This document shows positions 39,939-49,781 of a stretch of 64,000 nucleotides of DNA, in pieces. Below the pieces are notes generated by a model, which saw nothing but the letters and a program-made list of their open reading frames with translations, searched no databases and was not told the DNA's origin. The position numbers were made by a program, and so were the translations under genes. Every line of letters begins with the position of its first letter. Position 1 is the stretch's first letter. Origin of the DNA: an archaeon (GTDB taxonomy: Archaea; Nanobdellota; Nanobdellia; Pacearchaeales; GW2011-AR1); NCBI GenBank assembly GCA_038121585.1, contig JAYONY010000003.1, forward strand, positions 25,866 to 89,865. The letters are read 5' to 3'.

Positions 39939-42482
39939 GTGTTAACAATACACGAAAAACGACTAGCAATAGTAGCTTCAATATGCGCAATAGTAATAGT
40001 CGGAACAGTCTTAGGTGCAAATAGTGCGACAGCACCAGACCTAGCACCACGTTACGATGCAAAATCGCAAGACACACTCTCTAAATTTGAGAGAAGTAAA
40101 GGCACTGCGGGAGATGTTAACAATGACGGACGATTTGATATTGCAGACCCACGAGATCTTGCAGCACACTTGAGCGGAATAGGCAAGGCAACTAATTATG
40201 AAAACGGCGACTTTAATACTGACCGAGCAATTGACGGACGAGACGTTCGTGACATGCTTATCGCTCTTGAACGAGTCTACTTGTCTAATACCCTTGAACC
40301 AGGATTAGAACAGGAAATCGTCTATCTTCAAGGCACAGGCATCCAACCAATGCCATGGGAATGTAATGGACCATTTATTCGAGGTGATGCAAACGATGAC
40401 GGTACAGTGAATCTTGCAGATGTAGTAACAATGCTTGATAATTTATTCGTAATTAATCCACCATACCAGCCAACACCACGAAACTGTCGGGACCAAGTAG
40501 ATGCAAACGACAATGAAGGTTATAACATAGCAGATCCTATCACCGTTGCAATCTCACTCTTCCCCATTACAGGACAACCACCAGTTAGTATTCCGGAACC
40601 AAACGTGCTTGGACATGATGAAGACGCATACGGAGCGCTAGCTTGTAATGGAGTAGATGAAGATGGCGACTGCCCAGGAGACACTAACGGAGATGGAGTA
40701 GTTTGTAGTTATGGCGATATTGGCGTTGACGAAGGAGAATGTAAAGTGCGTTATGATGCCCATATCGGAGAAAGCATTGGTACAATTGGCCCAACACTCC
40801 TTACTGAACTTGACTTTGAAGCAATACTAACATCTGGAACATTCGCTGGGTCAACAACCACACAAACAGTAGAGCTAGCGAATGCACCACTGCTATCATT
40901 CATTCACTTCAAAGATAATGACTTCTTTGATGAGGGACCAGCACTTGGGCTTGCGATAGATAATTTCGATGAACTATTCACTCATCGTATAACATTTAAC
41001 CCGCCTGCTGTCGCCACAATTGCATCAGGATTAGACGAGTTTGCTGGTGAAACACTCACCACACTAGGACGAGACCTTTTTGTAGTCTATGCAGCTTACA
41101 CTCCAAACAATTTGGTAATGGAACTTGTTGATCAAGATATTCAAGATACACTTAGCTTTGGATCAATCGGTAACTATAACCATAACGGACAAGCATTCCA
41201 AGTGCAAATCTCATTCATTTCCCCAACACAAGCCCAGTTTGTCGTTAATGGGGAAGTTACTGGCCCGCTTAATGAGCAAAATTCATGGACCCTAACAAAT
41301 GATTACACCATTGTAGTTGATGAAATAATTGGTAATGACGTAACATTTGTCCTTGGACGAAATGAATATTACATGCAAAGCAATGGAGCCGATCTAGAAA
41401 TTAACAGTATTGATGTAGATCAATTTACTGATTACAAATGGACCTCTTCATTTACTTACACTGCTACACCCACAACAATTGAGCTCTCTGAAATTGCGCT
41501 TCTTAACCGGGCCGATGATGAAGTTGTGTTTGGTTTCCCAACATGCACCCCAACAACACCCGGATGTGGAACGCCAACCTCTGGAAGTGCTACGGATTAT
41601 CCATTAATTGACGCACTAGAGTTCACAATCACAAACGGGCTTGTACCAGGCGATTATGAAGAGCTTTCCATAGTGCCTGATGGCGATGATAGTTTTACGC
41701 TAACAGCACCAGTGACTGATGGAGTAGCAAGTCTTAATTTACTTTACAAAGACTCATCTGATACGTTTGCAGGCACCGGGTTAAATCCAGGCAGTTTACT
41801 TGCTAGCTCTATGATAAACACACTCTTTGTTGATGAAGACATTCACGATTGGTTTGTTGTATCGTATAATAATCCAGCAATAGAAGTACCCGAATCTTAT
41901 GTTATGAAAATTGACAACATCGATGACAGTGATCCATTCAACCCGACAGTAACTCTTAGAAGTACCGCAGTGGGATCAAACGTACAAGTATCCCTACAAG
42001 TAGGAGAAACAGAGGATATTGGTGGGGCGGCAATAACGCTCAACTTTGCAGATGATAACACGGGAGAAATTCAACTTCAAGCGGCGAACCCTTACACTCG
42101 ATTCGATAGGCTCTATACTAAAGAAGGTTTACGTGTAGACTTACCAGTCCAGTGTTCAACCGCTGCACCCCCCATACCAGAGTGTAACTTTAGCCCTGGA
42201 ACTACATCAACATATGTACTAAACTTGAATTACGAAGCAGGTATTGCAGATACTGCAATTACGCTTGGAATAAATTCATTTGAGACTTCAGTCGTAGGGG
42301 TTGGACCGCAACCAGACTATGAAACATATGACAACACTGGTATTTATGAAGGATTTTCCCAAAGTGAAAATCCAATCAGGACATTCTATCATACGGGCTT
42401 CGATCAAGACTTTGTCGAAATTCTCTACTACTACCATGATACCTACGGTCAGATAACACTCAACGGAAGAGCTTGGATTTAA
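39939..42482 (+). CDS. large (847 aa) secreted protein with N-terminal dockerin-like repeats
   Basis: TM/signal. Repeats GDVNNDGRFDIADPRDL, GDFNTDRAIDGRDVRDML, GDANDDGTVNLADVVTML and VDANDNEGYNIADPITVA. Large beta-rich remainder. Confidence 0.55.
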   Translation: MLTIHEKRLAIVASICAIVIVGTVLGANSATAPDLAPRYDAKSQDTLSKFERSKGTAGDVNNDGRFDIADPRDLAAHLSGIGKATNYENGDFNTDRAIDGRDVRDMLIALERVYLSNTLEPGLEQEIVYLQGTGIQPMPWECNGPFIRGDANDDGTVNLADVVTMLDNLFVINPPYQPTPRNCRDQVDANDNEGYNIADPITVAISLFPITGQPPVSIPEPNVLGHDEDAYGALACNGVDEDGDCPGDTNGDGVVCSYGDIGVDEGECKVRYDAHIGESIGTIGPTLLTELDFEAILTSGTFAGSTTTQTVELANAPLLSFIHFKDNDFFDEGPALGLAIDNFDELFTHRITFNPPAVATIASGLDEFAGETLTTLGRDLFVVYAAYTPNNLVMELVDQDIQDTLSFGSIGNYNHNGQAFQVQISFISPTQAQFVVNGEVTGPLNEQNSWTLTNDYTIVVDEIIGNDVTFVLGRNEYYMQSNGADLEINSIDVDQFTDYKWTSSFTYTATPTTIELSEIALLNRADDEVVFGFPTCTPTTPGCGTPTSGSATDYPLIDALEFTITNGLVPGDYEELSIVPDGDDSFTLTAPVTDGVASLNLLYKDSSDTFAGTGLNPGSLLASSMINTLFVDEDIHDWFVVSYNNPAIEVPESYVMKIDNIDDSDPFNPTVTLRSTAVGSNVQVSLQVGETEDIGGAAITLNFADDNTGEIQLQAANPYTRFDRLYTKEGLRVDLPVQCSTAAPPIPECNFSPGTTSTYVLNLNYEAGIADTAITLGINSFETSVVGVGPQPDYETYDNTGIYEGFSQSENPIRTFYHTGFDQDFVEILYYYHDTYGQITLNGRAWI

Positions 42483-42616
42483 CCATGTTAACAGTACACG
42501 AACGACGACTAGCAATCCACAATCAAAAGTCGATTTACACTATTACGACGATGGCGCACTTGTTGAAATATTCTTACTCGCATAACCAATAAATACTCAA
42601 CTAGATTATTTCTGTA

Positions 42617-43012
42617 ATGCCAAGCAACAAATCTAAAGGGTCACGTGTTGAGCGAGAATTACTCAAACTATTTACTGCGTCGGGTTGGCGGGCAGCGCGA
42701 GTTGCGGGCAGTGGCGTGCATGATGATTCACCGTGTGATTTAATTGCGGGAAAAATTGGCCGGAAAGGCTACGCTGTCGAGGTTAAATCAAGCAAGGCAA
42801 AAACAATTTACATTTCTAACGCGCAAGTCGAAGACTTCCTTGTATTCGCACATTCAATCGGGCTCAAACCAGTTATTGCAGTCAGATTTAATCGTGAAGG
42901 ATGGCTATTCCTCGATCCAAAACACATGCGCGACACAGGAAAAAATTGGGCTGTTGATTTAGAACTTGCAAAAGAGAAAGGGAACAAATTTAGTCAATTC
43001 TTCGAGCGTTAA
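42617..43012 (+). CDS. hjc: Holliday junction resolvase Hjc
   Basis: GSRVERELLKLFTASGWRAARVAGSG...CDLIAG...VEVKSS...AVRF matches the Hjc consensus, including the catalytic E and K. Confidence 0.75.
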   Translation: MPSNKSKGSRVERELLKLFTASGWRAARVAGSGVHDDSPCDLIAGKIGRKGYAVEVKSSKAKTIYISNAQVEDFLVFAHSIGLKPVIAVRFNREGWLFLDPKHMRDTGKNWAVDLELAKEKGNKFSQFFER

Positions 43013-43095
43013 CGCACTCGAGGCCATTCAACTTTCATAAGTTGAAGGTTTTGAAAAGCAATATATAAATAGCATCTTTCCGAAATAGTGTTGTA

Positions 43096-43887
43096 ATGAA
43101 AAAATCAATTATGCTTCTAGGAGTGTTCGTAGCCATTGCGTTTGTTCTAACAATCTTATTCTTTCCCTCCAAAACGATATTATCAGAAAGAGAATTATCG
43201 AATCAAATAGGAATTGAAATGCAAGAACGAGCAGCAGAGATAACATTACCCGAATCTTATTCGGTCATGTTTACTACGAGCTCATGTCAGGGCTCACATT
43301 GCTTTACAGTAATTGATGAAACGTACACCTACGAAATTGCTAATGGAGCAGTTAGCACCTACTCAGGAAGTAAAGAGATGAGAGGCTATACGTCGCTTGA
43401 TTGTACGTATGACTATGATACAATCACTGAAAGCGAATTATGTACTTGCTTTGATTTTCCAGAAACAGAACAAGAAATAAGCTGTGAACCTCACCCTTCA
43501 AAACGCGACGCACTAATCGATCTAAAACTGTTACTTGCTGAGGTGGAATCAGTGCAGCTGGAGACAGTGCGATATTCTCATAGACCCATAGGAGCAACTA
43601 AAGTAACACCCTCTGAGAATTCAGAGGATAAACCATTAGAAAATGCTTGGACACATTGTGAAACAAAACACGGCATTTCAGCACGTTATAACCCTGCCAC
43701 AGAATCTTATGAAGTTGAGTGTTATCAGAATGGCTGTGAAATATCAGCCCAAGGAGTAACTGAATGTACTGAAGTAGAAGAGTACTGCATTAGTTATTAC
43801 AGTGAAGAAAAAAGCACCTCCTTATGCTACAAAAATGATGTATTAGTATCAATAGAAACTAGCGAGGGAACATATACCCTTGTTTGA
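43096..43887 (+). CDS. secreted Cys-rich hypothetical protein
   Basis: Signal/TM MKKSIMLLGVFVAIAFVLTILFF. 16 Cys. Confidence 0.45.
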   Translation: MKKSIMLLGVFVAIAFVLTILFFPSKTILSERELSNQIGIEMQERAAEITLPESYSVMFTTSSCQGSHCFTVIDETYTYEIANGAVSTYSGSKEMRGYTSLDCTYDYDTITESELCTCFDFPETEQEISCEPHPSKRDALIDLKLLLAEVESVQLETVRYSHRPIGATKVTPSENSEDKPLENAWTHCETKHGISARYNPATESYEVECYQNGCEISAQGVTECTEVEEYCISYYSEEKSTSLCYKNDVLVSIETSEGTYTLV

Positions 43888-43947
43888 TTTTCAAACAACT
43901 CCTTTTCCGAAACACATATTTATAAACTATAGTTGAACTATAGGAAC

Positions 43948-44193
43948 ATGGTTACAACAATACAGATTAGTGAATCACTCAAAGATAGGCTTGTAGCACT
44001 CAAGAGATCCCATAAAGACTCGTACGAAGATGTAATAGCTGCAGCGCTTAATCGTCAGGAAAAAGAACTAACAGACTATGAAAAAAATATGGCCGAAGGG
44101 TATATTGAGATGGCCGAAGAGACAATGAAAATAATGGATGAGTTCAAATATGCTGATGCAGAGATAGATTGGGAGTGGGATGGAGATCTTTAG
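43948..44193 (+). CDS. putative antitoxin (RHH-like), partner of MazF
   Basis: Its 3' end overlaps the mazF start by 14 nt. The N-terminal TTIQISESLKDRL is homologous to the 45397-45609 antitoxin. Confidence 0.55.
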   Translation: MVTTIQISESLKDRLVALKRSHKDSYEDVIAAALNRQEKELTDYEKNMAEGYIEMAEETMKIMDEFKYADAEIDWEWDGDL

Positions 44194-44524
44194 AGGCGAC
44201 ATTATAGTTGCTAATTTTGAACCAATCATTGGTTCTGAACAAGGAGGTGTTCGACCAGCATTAGTTATTCAAAACAATCTCGGAAATAAATATGGTCGAA
44301 CAACCATTGTTGCCCCCTTAACGACAACCACCTACCACCAAAAACATCCAACACGCGTGCCAATCAGCAAAAAGGAATCTAAACTCAAAAAAGATTCAAC
44401 AGTTTTGCTCCATCAAATACGGGTTATAGATAAGCGAAGAATTGGAAAACGAATTTCACGCATACCAATACACATACAGTATAAAGTTGATTCCGCGATT
44501 AAAGAAAGTCTCGGCCTTGCCTAA
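44180..44524 (+). CDS. mazF: MazF/PemK family toxin (mRNA interferase)
   Basis: RGDIIVANFEPIIGSEQGGVRPALVIQNN...TTIVAPLTT matches the PemK fold consensus. Confidence 0.8.
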   Translation: MEIFRGDIIVANFEPIIGSEQGGVRPALVIQNNLGNKYGRTTIVAPLTTTTYHQKHPTRVPISKKESKLKKDSTVLLHQIRVIDKRRIGKRISRIPIHIQYKVDSAIKESLGLA

Positions 44525-45042
44525 ATATTTGCTTCGCCAGGCTTCCACTCAACAGGGCATAATCCGCCAGTCTTGAACGCTTTTAGAACTCTAAGTGTCT
44601 CGTCAATAGAACGACCAACGTCGTGGTGTGAAATAACCGCGTATTTGAGTTCGTTCTCAGGAGAGATAATGAAGGTCCCACGCAAAGCCTTACCATCCTC
44701 TTCAAGCACGTTAAACATATTTGCAATCTTATGAGTTGTGTCGGCAATCACTTCAAACTTAACCTCTGGCAAATCACGCTCAAACCAGGCCTTGTGGGAG
44801 TGTTCTGAATCAGTTGAACATCCTAAAATAACAGCATCTTCCTTCTTGAATTCCTCTTCAAGCTTTGCAAACCCACGAATTTCTGTCGGACAGACAAACG
44901 TGAAGTCACGCGGATAAAAGAATAATACCTTCCACTTCTTGCCGTGATCAGTTAACATTTTCTTCACAAACTCACCGTTATGATAAGCAGTATATTCAAA
45001 ATCTTCAACTTGTTCGCCGACTTTCATTGTGATAACACGCAT
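44521..45042 (-). CDS. peroxiredoxin (AhpC/TSA family)
   Basis: FFYPRDFTFVCPTEI peroxidatic-Cys motif. Start set at an internal Met; the ORF extends to 45096. Confidence 0.85.
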   Translation of the reverse strand: MRVITMKVGEQVEDFEYTAYHNGEFVKKMLTDHGKKWKVLFFYPRDFTFVCPTEIRGFAKLEEEFKKEDAVILGCSTDSEHSHKAWFERDLPEVKFEVIADTTHKIANMFNVLEEDGKALRGTFIISPENELKYAVISHHDVGRSIDETLRVLKAFKTGGLCPVEWKPGEANI

Positions 45043-45076
45043 TACTAGAACTTTAAAAGTGTTGTGGAAACGGTGT

Positions 45077-45415
45077 TTACAATACTTCTTCCCCAATCTT
45101 TCGTAGAATATTTGTTATTTCAGCAATGACTTTTTGCTGGCTTTTTTTGTCAGACATACGAACGAATTTGATGAGGAGCGTAATTAGTTCTTCTTTTGAG
45201 AATACCTTGAGCTTGTGCTCATCGACAAGAAAATAGAATCTGAATCCTTTGTACTTGAGTTCTTTTATCGCAATGCCCCCAACACGACCAACCGGTTTGC
45301 CTTTGTGCGGATTATCGCCTAATGACTTCATCAATCGAAACACTTTGATAGATTCACCCTTAAACTTAGCGAACACTTCTTCGCGTAATTCCTTGACTAT
45401 TTCGACTCGGGCCAT
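45077..45415 (-). CDS. RelE/ParE-like toxin
   Basis: LGDNPHKGKPVGRVGGIAIKELKYKGFRFYFLVDE resembles the RelE core. Overlaps the upstream antitoxin gene. Confidence 0.5.
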   Translation of the reverse strand: MARVEIVKELREEVFAKFKGESIKVFRLMKSLGDNPHKGKPVGRVGGIAIKELKYKGFRFYFLVDEHKLKVFSKEELITLLIKFVRMSDKKSQQKVIAEITNILRKIGEEVL

Positions 45416-45609
45416 CGTCGCTTAGCCTCTTTAATTGCCTCTTCAATAGGTACGCTGTCCTCAGACGACATTAAGAATTCTCGTAGCTGCGTTTTTACCG
45501 CCATTTCGTAGAGTCTTGACAGTATTGTGTCATAGCTCTCGCCTTTGATGCCAAACGAGGCAATTTTCTTCTTGGTCGCGTCAGATACTTGAATTGTAGT
45601 GGTTCCCAT
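45397..45609 (-). CDS. putative RHH-type antitoxin
   Basis: MGTTTIQVSDATKKKI...SYDTILSRLYEMA is homologous to the 43948 antitoxin. 19-nt overlap with the toxin gene. Confidence 0.5.
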   Translation of the reverse strand: MGTTTIQVSDATKKKIASFGIKGESYDTILSRLYEMAVKTQLREFLMSSEDSVPIEEAIKEAKRRWPESK

Positions 45610-45701
45610 TTTGTACGTTCTCTCGTGAAGTGGGAATTATCCAGGAAGGACGGTTCCCATACTATAATTGCTATAGGAGCTATAGTATTTATAGTTTGGT
45701 A

Positions 45702-46106
45702 TTATACAAAAAACACATAGAGAAACGTTAGAACACCAGTCACTGCAACTTCAAGCAATGGCGAAATGCCAACCCCGAAAATTGTAGGCATTTTTGTAGA
45801 ATACTCCCATCGTTTCATTCTAAGAGATAGTTTTTCATCGGTAAATGAAAACAATATGGCCAAACAAGTAAAGAAGATGAGTTGCGGCGCATTTGTTAGA
45901 ATATTCACTGTACCAAATACAAGCGTGCTCAAAAGGAAAAATACAACTATCCACACACCATCTTTCAACGAAGCACCGAGCACGGAAGGAATGTATTTTT
46001 TAACTGATTCTCGCAAACACGTCACATAGAGTTGACTGTGCACTACTTCCCAAACAAGATTAAGCAAAAACGCAACAAGAAAGATTTCTATTGTGATAAG
46101 CAACAT
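45702..46106 (-). CDS. membrane protein (4 TM)
   Basis: Hydrophobic helices. Confidence 0.4.
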   Translation of the reverse strand: MLLITIEIFLVAFLLNLVWEVVHSQLYVTCLRESVKKYIPSVLGASLKDGVWIVVFFLLSTLVFGTVNILTNAPQLIFFTCLAILFSFTDEKLSLRMKRWEYSTKMPTIFGVGISPLLEVAVTGVLTFLYVFFV

Positions 46107-46137
46107 ACATACTACAGAAGATTAGAGATTATAATCG

Positions 46138-47094
46138 TTACGTCGCCTGAACACGTTTTTGATTAATGTACTCGTATGCTGAGTGCGCGCCAATACATCC
46201 TTCTGCTACGCCCGTAATTAATTGTTTGAATGGTGTGTCAGCACAATCGCCAGCTGCGAACACGCCTTCAACGTTTGTCCGCGCTTCCTTATCAGTAACG
46301 ATTTCTTTCTTCCTATTACGCTTCACACCAAGCGTTGCTGCAAGTTCAGTGAGTACTTCGTGACCAATAGCGACGAATACCCCTTGCATCTCCATTTCTT
46401 TCTTACCCTTGTAGGGTTTTGTAAGTTCAATAGACGAGACTAATTGCTCTCCTTTAATCGCTGCAATCTCAGTTCCTTCAATCACTTCAATGTTTTTTGC
46501 GTCCTTAACGCGCTGAGCATTAATTGGTTCTGGATGGAGTGTTGAACGTGCAATAATATAGACTTTCTTCGCGTGTTCAGCTAACACTAACGCATCTTTC
46601 GCTGCAGAGTCAGACCCGCCAACAATGCATGTAATCTTATTTCTAAAGAGCGGTGCATCACACAACGCACAGTACGCAATACCTTTATGTTCGAATTCTT
46701 TCGCGCCAGGCACTGATTCAGGCAATTTCTTCCATTTCGTACCTGTTGCAATCATAATTGCTTTTGACGTGTAGGTTCCCTTATCAGTTTTAACCGTGAA
46801 TCCCTTCGCTGTCTTTTCAGCAGTGTTAGCTTTCTCTTCTTTAATCGTCACAAGATCATACTCGCGAGCATGCTCTTCAATTTTTTGTGCAAGATCAGGA
46901 CCAGAGATTGATTTGAACCCAGGATAATTCTCAACTAAGTGCGTCGTCGTAATAACACCGCCCACTGGTAACTCCGCCATGTGCGAGAAGCCTAAACAGA
47001 GCGATTTAAGCCCTAAACGAGCTGCATACATTGCTGAAGCAAGGCCAGAGCCACCGGCGCCAATAACAATATAATCATACTTTTCAGTTACCAT
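46138..47094 (-). CDS. trxB: thioredoxin-disulfide reductase (TrxB)
   Basis: N-terminal FAD motif DYIVIGAGGSGLASA. Redox-active CALCD. Second dinucleotide motif CIVGGSDSAA. C-terminal GVFAAGDC. Confidence 0.85.
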   Translation of the reverse strand: MVTEKYDYIVIGAGGSGLASAMYAARLGLKSLCLGFSHMAELPVGGVITTTHLVENYPGFKSISGPDLAQKIEEHAREYDLVTIKEEKANTAEKTAKGFTVKTDKGTYTSKAIMIATGTKWKKLPESVPGAKEFEHKGIAYCALCDAPLFRNKITCIVGGSDSAAKDALVLAEHAKKVYIIARSTLHPEPINAQRVKDAKNIEVIEGTEIAAIKGEQLVSSIELTKPYKGKKEMEMQGVFVAIGHEVLTELAATLGVKRNRKKEIVTDKEARTNVEGVFAAGDCADTPFKQLITGVAEGCIGAHSAYEYINQKRVQAT

Positions 47095-47095
47095 T

Positions 47096-47329
47096 TTACT
47101 TAATCTTTAATGCTTTCTTGAGTGCGTCCTCATCAAACCCAATGATAATCTCACCATCAACATCTATGACTGGAACGCCCGTTTGACCTGATAATTTCAC
47201 CACTTCCTCAGCCTTCTCAGGATGCTCAGTAATGTTAACTTCAGCGTACTTCACATCGTGCTCCTTAAACCATTCCTTAGTCTTTTTACACCATGTGCAT
47301 GTACTCGTCGAATAAATTGTTACGTTCAT
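47096..47329 (-). CDS. glutaredoxin-like protein (NrdH/Grx-like, CxxC)
   Basis: TIYSTSTCTWCKKTKEW followed by GVPVIDVDGEIIIGFD matches the Grx fold motifs. Confidence 0.8.
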   Translation of the reverse strand: MNVTIYSTSTCTWCKKTKEWFKEHDVKYAEVNITEHPEKAEEVVKLSGQTGVPVIDVDGEIIIGFDEDALKKALKIK

Positions 47330-47397
47330 AGTTTACTCCTCCTTATTCGCTGAAATACAAACAGTTATTTAAACATTGCGTGGTCAGGGTTAACAGA

Positions 47398-47874
47398 ATG
47401 GACAAATCACTCAAAGACTTCTTAGACAATAACAAAATTACGTATGAGGAATTCACACACCCAGCTATCTTCACCGTTGCAGAAGGGAAGAAGCTAAAAG
47501 AGAACCTTCCAGGACTGCACTGCAAATGCTTGTTTCTCTATGATGAGCAGAAACGCTACTACTTACTCGGTATGCAGGCTAACGCACGATGTGATTTGAA
47601 AGGATTGCGCAAACAACTTGGTGTCAAGAAACTCCAGTTTGGGAGTGAGGAAAAGCTCTGGGACTATCTTAAAGTTAAACCAGGCAGCGTAAGCATCTTT
47701 GCAATGATACATGCTGAAGACAAGGTCAAACTCTTGCTCTCTAAAGAAGTGTGGGATGCTGACAAAGTAGGATTTCATCCGAATGTGAATACTGCTACTA
47801 TCGTGGTCGATCATGCAAACCTAGTTAAATGTGTTGAAGCACTATCTAGAACGTTTGAGATAGTTATAGTATGA
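47398..47874 (+). CDS. YbaK/ProX-family aminoacyl-tRNA deacylase
   Basis: HCKCLFLYDEQKRYYLLGMQANARCDLKGL resembles the YbaK HxKnLfL core. Confidence 0.6.
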   Translation: MDKSLKDFLDNNKITYEEFTHPAIFTVAEGKKLKENLPGLHCKCLFLYDEQKRYYLLGMQANARCDLKGLRKQLGVKKLQFGSEEKLWDYLKVKPGSVSIFAMIHAEDKVKLLLSKEVWDADKVGFHPNVNTATIVVDHANLVKCVEALSRTFEIVIV

Positions 47875-47943
47875 AAGATGAAAAAGAATTACAGGCTTTT
47901 GTTTTTGAAGCACAAAAAGAATGTATGAAACAAATTTGGGATA

Positions 47944-48429
47944 ATGAATATGATGAAGTCTGGGAAAGGGTTTAGTAAACGAGAAGTCACCGTCATTATC
48001 TTTATGATTGCATTTTCGCTCGGGTTTTCCTATGCGTTTGATTATACCCCCGTACAACCAGAAGGACCACTCGCGTGCTTTGACGACACGTGCTTCACAA
48101 TTGAAGTTGTTGATACACCTGAAACACGACAAGTCGGCCTCATGTACCGCGAGTACCTTGCGCCTGACAGCGGGATGTTATTTATCTTTGAAGAAGAAGC
48201 AATTTATCCATTCTGGATGAAAAATACTTTGATAGAACTCGATATGATTTGGATGAATGCAGATTATGAAGTCGTCTACATTGCTCGAAATGTACCACCG
48301 TGCGAAGTTGAACAATGCCCCTCATATAACCCTGGTGTTGCAGCATTATACGTTTTAGAAGTTGCAGGCGGGCGTGCTGCAGAATCTGGAATTACCGTCG
48401 GTGATACGATGTACGTACGTTATTCTTAG
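47944..48429 (+). CDS. DUF192 family protein
   Basis: GLMYRE...GMLFIF...FWMKNTLIELDMIW...LYVLEVAGG matches the DUF192 consensus. N-terminal TM. Confidence 0.65.
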   Translation: MNMMKSGKGFSKREVTVIIFMIAFSLGFSYAFDYTPVQPEGPLACFDDTCFTIEVVDTPETRQVGLMYREYLAPDSGMLFIFEEEAIYPFWMKNTLIELDMIWMNADYEVVYIARNVPPCEVEQCPSYNPGVAALYVLEVAGGRAAESGITVGDTMYVRYS

Positions 48430-48469
48430 CGTAAAATTTAAAAATTAAACTTGTATATATCATTTTATC

Positions 48470-48991
48470 ATGGTATCCCCCAAATATAATTGGAGAAATT
48501 TTAAGGGTGAATCAGCAGACGACTTAGAAGCATTTGGTATTAGCGCCGATATTCCTGACCTTCATGCAATCAATACACATTCCGCATTTGAAGATCCTCG
48601 AGGGGAAAAAACTCTTGGTACTTTAATTAATGAGGGTGAAGTCACTGCCAGGGAAGTATACACTCGTGCCCATACCCCCTATGGTGGGGAAACCCAAGTA
48701 GGAAAAGATGAACCTTTTGATTATGCAGGTACAATTTCACGTGCGCATGAACGAGACACTCATAGAACGAGGGAAATATTTCGTAGTCTTCTAGAAGATG
48801 GAAAGAACAAAGACCATGCAAAATTCCTCGGAATGCTCTATCGGAATGCGTCCCCTGCAGCTTATGAAGAAGCTCGAAAAGACCTTCGTGATGAACCCTA
48901 TCGACCGGATTTTGGAAAAGAGGATACAGGCATATTAAAATTAAAGGCAAAACTTGATGCTAAACTTGACATGTCGTATGACAACGAATAA
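48470..48991 (+). CDS. hypothetical protein
   Basis: 173 aa, hydrophilic. No motif. Confidence 0.35.
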   Translation: MVSPKYNWRNFKGESADDLEAFGISADIPDLHAINTHSAFEDPRGEKTLGTLINEGEVTAREVYTRAHTPYGGETQVGKDEPFDYAGTISRAHERDTHRTREIFRSLLEDGKNKDHAKFLGMLYRNASPAAYEEARKDLRDEPYRPDFGKEDTGILKLKAKLDAKLDMSYDNE

Positions 48992-49046
48992 AACAGTTTC
49001 ATTTCTGCAAGAATAATTAATTAGTTTTTATCAACAATACACTAGC

Positions 49047-49781
49047 ATGAAAAAACATCATGCATTACTAATAACGGGACTATTCATGTTACTCGTACTT
49101 GCAAATACATTTATCTTTTCCCAGGCATTTACTGATTCCCGAGAAGCAGTCATTATCCTCAACGTCCTTGATGGCGATACAGTAAAACTTGAAGATGGGC
49201 GTAGTATTCGCATGCTTAACATTAATGCTGCAGAAAAAGGACGTGCTCATGCAGATGAAGCAACAACATACCTCAAACAATATGAGAACACGACAGTCTT
49301 ACTTGATGCTGCTGGAACCGGGCAGTATGGGCGAACACTCGGAAGATTATACACGCAAGATAACATATACATCAACTTAGAACTTGTTGCACAAGGACTC
49401 GTGCACGCGTATCTTGTTGATGATTCTGAAACCCGTGATTTTTCAGAAGTAGAGCAAATAGCTATTGCTCAGGGAAAAGGGCTTTGGCAACACTCCCCCC
49501 ACTACGAGTGCTTAGACGTAATGCTCAATTATGTAGAAGAATTTGTTACTCTAACCAACTATTGTCAAACAAACATGACTGATTGGACGCTCAAGGATTT
49601 ATCGACGAGAAACTATAAATTTAAGAAGAATACACCTGCTTCTTTTACACTCTATTCAGGCAATGGCATTGATACAAAAACAGAATACTATTGGGGGCGT
49701 GGAAGCGCCTGGAATGATGATGGCGACGCGATATTTATTCGTGATGCTGACGGTTTGCTTGTGTATTATGAGCAGTACTAG
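49047..49781 (+). CDS. secreted staphylococcal-nuclease-like thermonuclease (SNase) with a C-terminal lamin-tail-like domain
   Basis: Signal peptide. VLDGDTVKL...RMLNINAAE...YGRTLGRLY...NLELVAQGL matches the SNase fold. The C-terminal region resembles an LTD. Confidence 0.65.
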   Translation: MKKHHALLITGLFMLLVLANTFIFSQAFTDSREAVIILNVLDGDTVKLEDGRSIRMLNINAAEKGRAHADEATTYLKQYENTTVLLDAAGTGQYGRTLGRLYTQDNIYINLELVAQGLVHAYLVDDSETRDFSEVEQIAIAQGKGLWQHSPHYECLDVMLNYVEEFVTLTNYCQTNMTDWTLKDLSTRNYKFKKNTPASFTLYSGNGIDTKTEYYWGRGSAWNDDGDAIFIRDADGLLVYYEQY

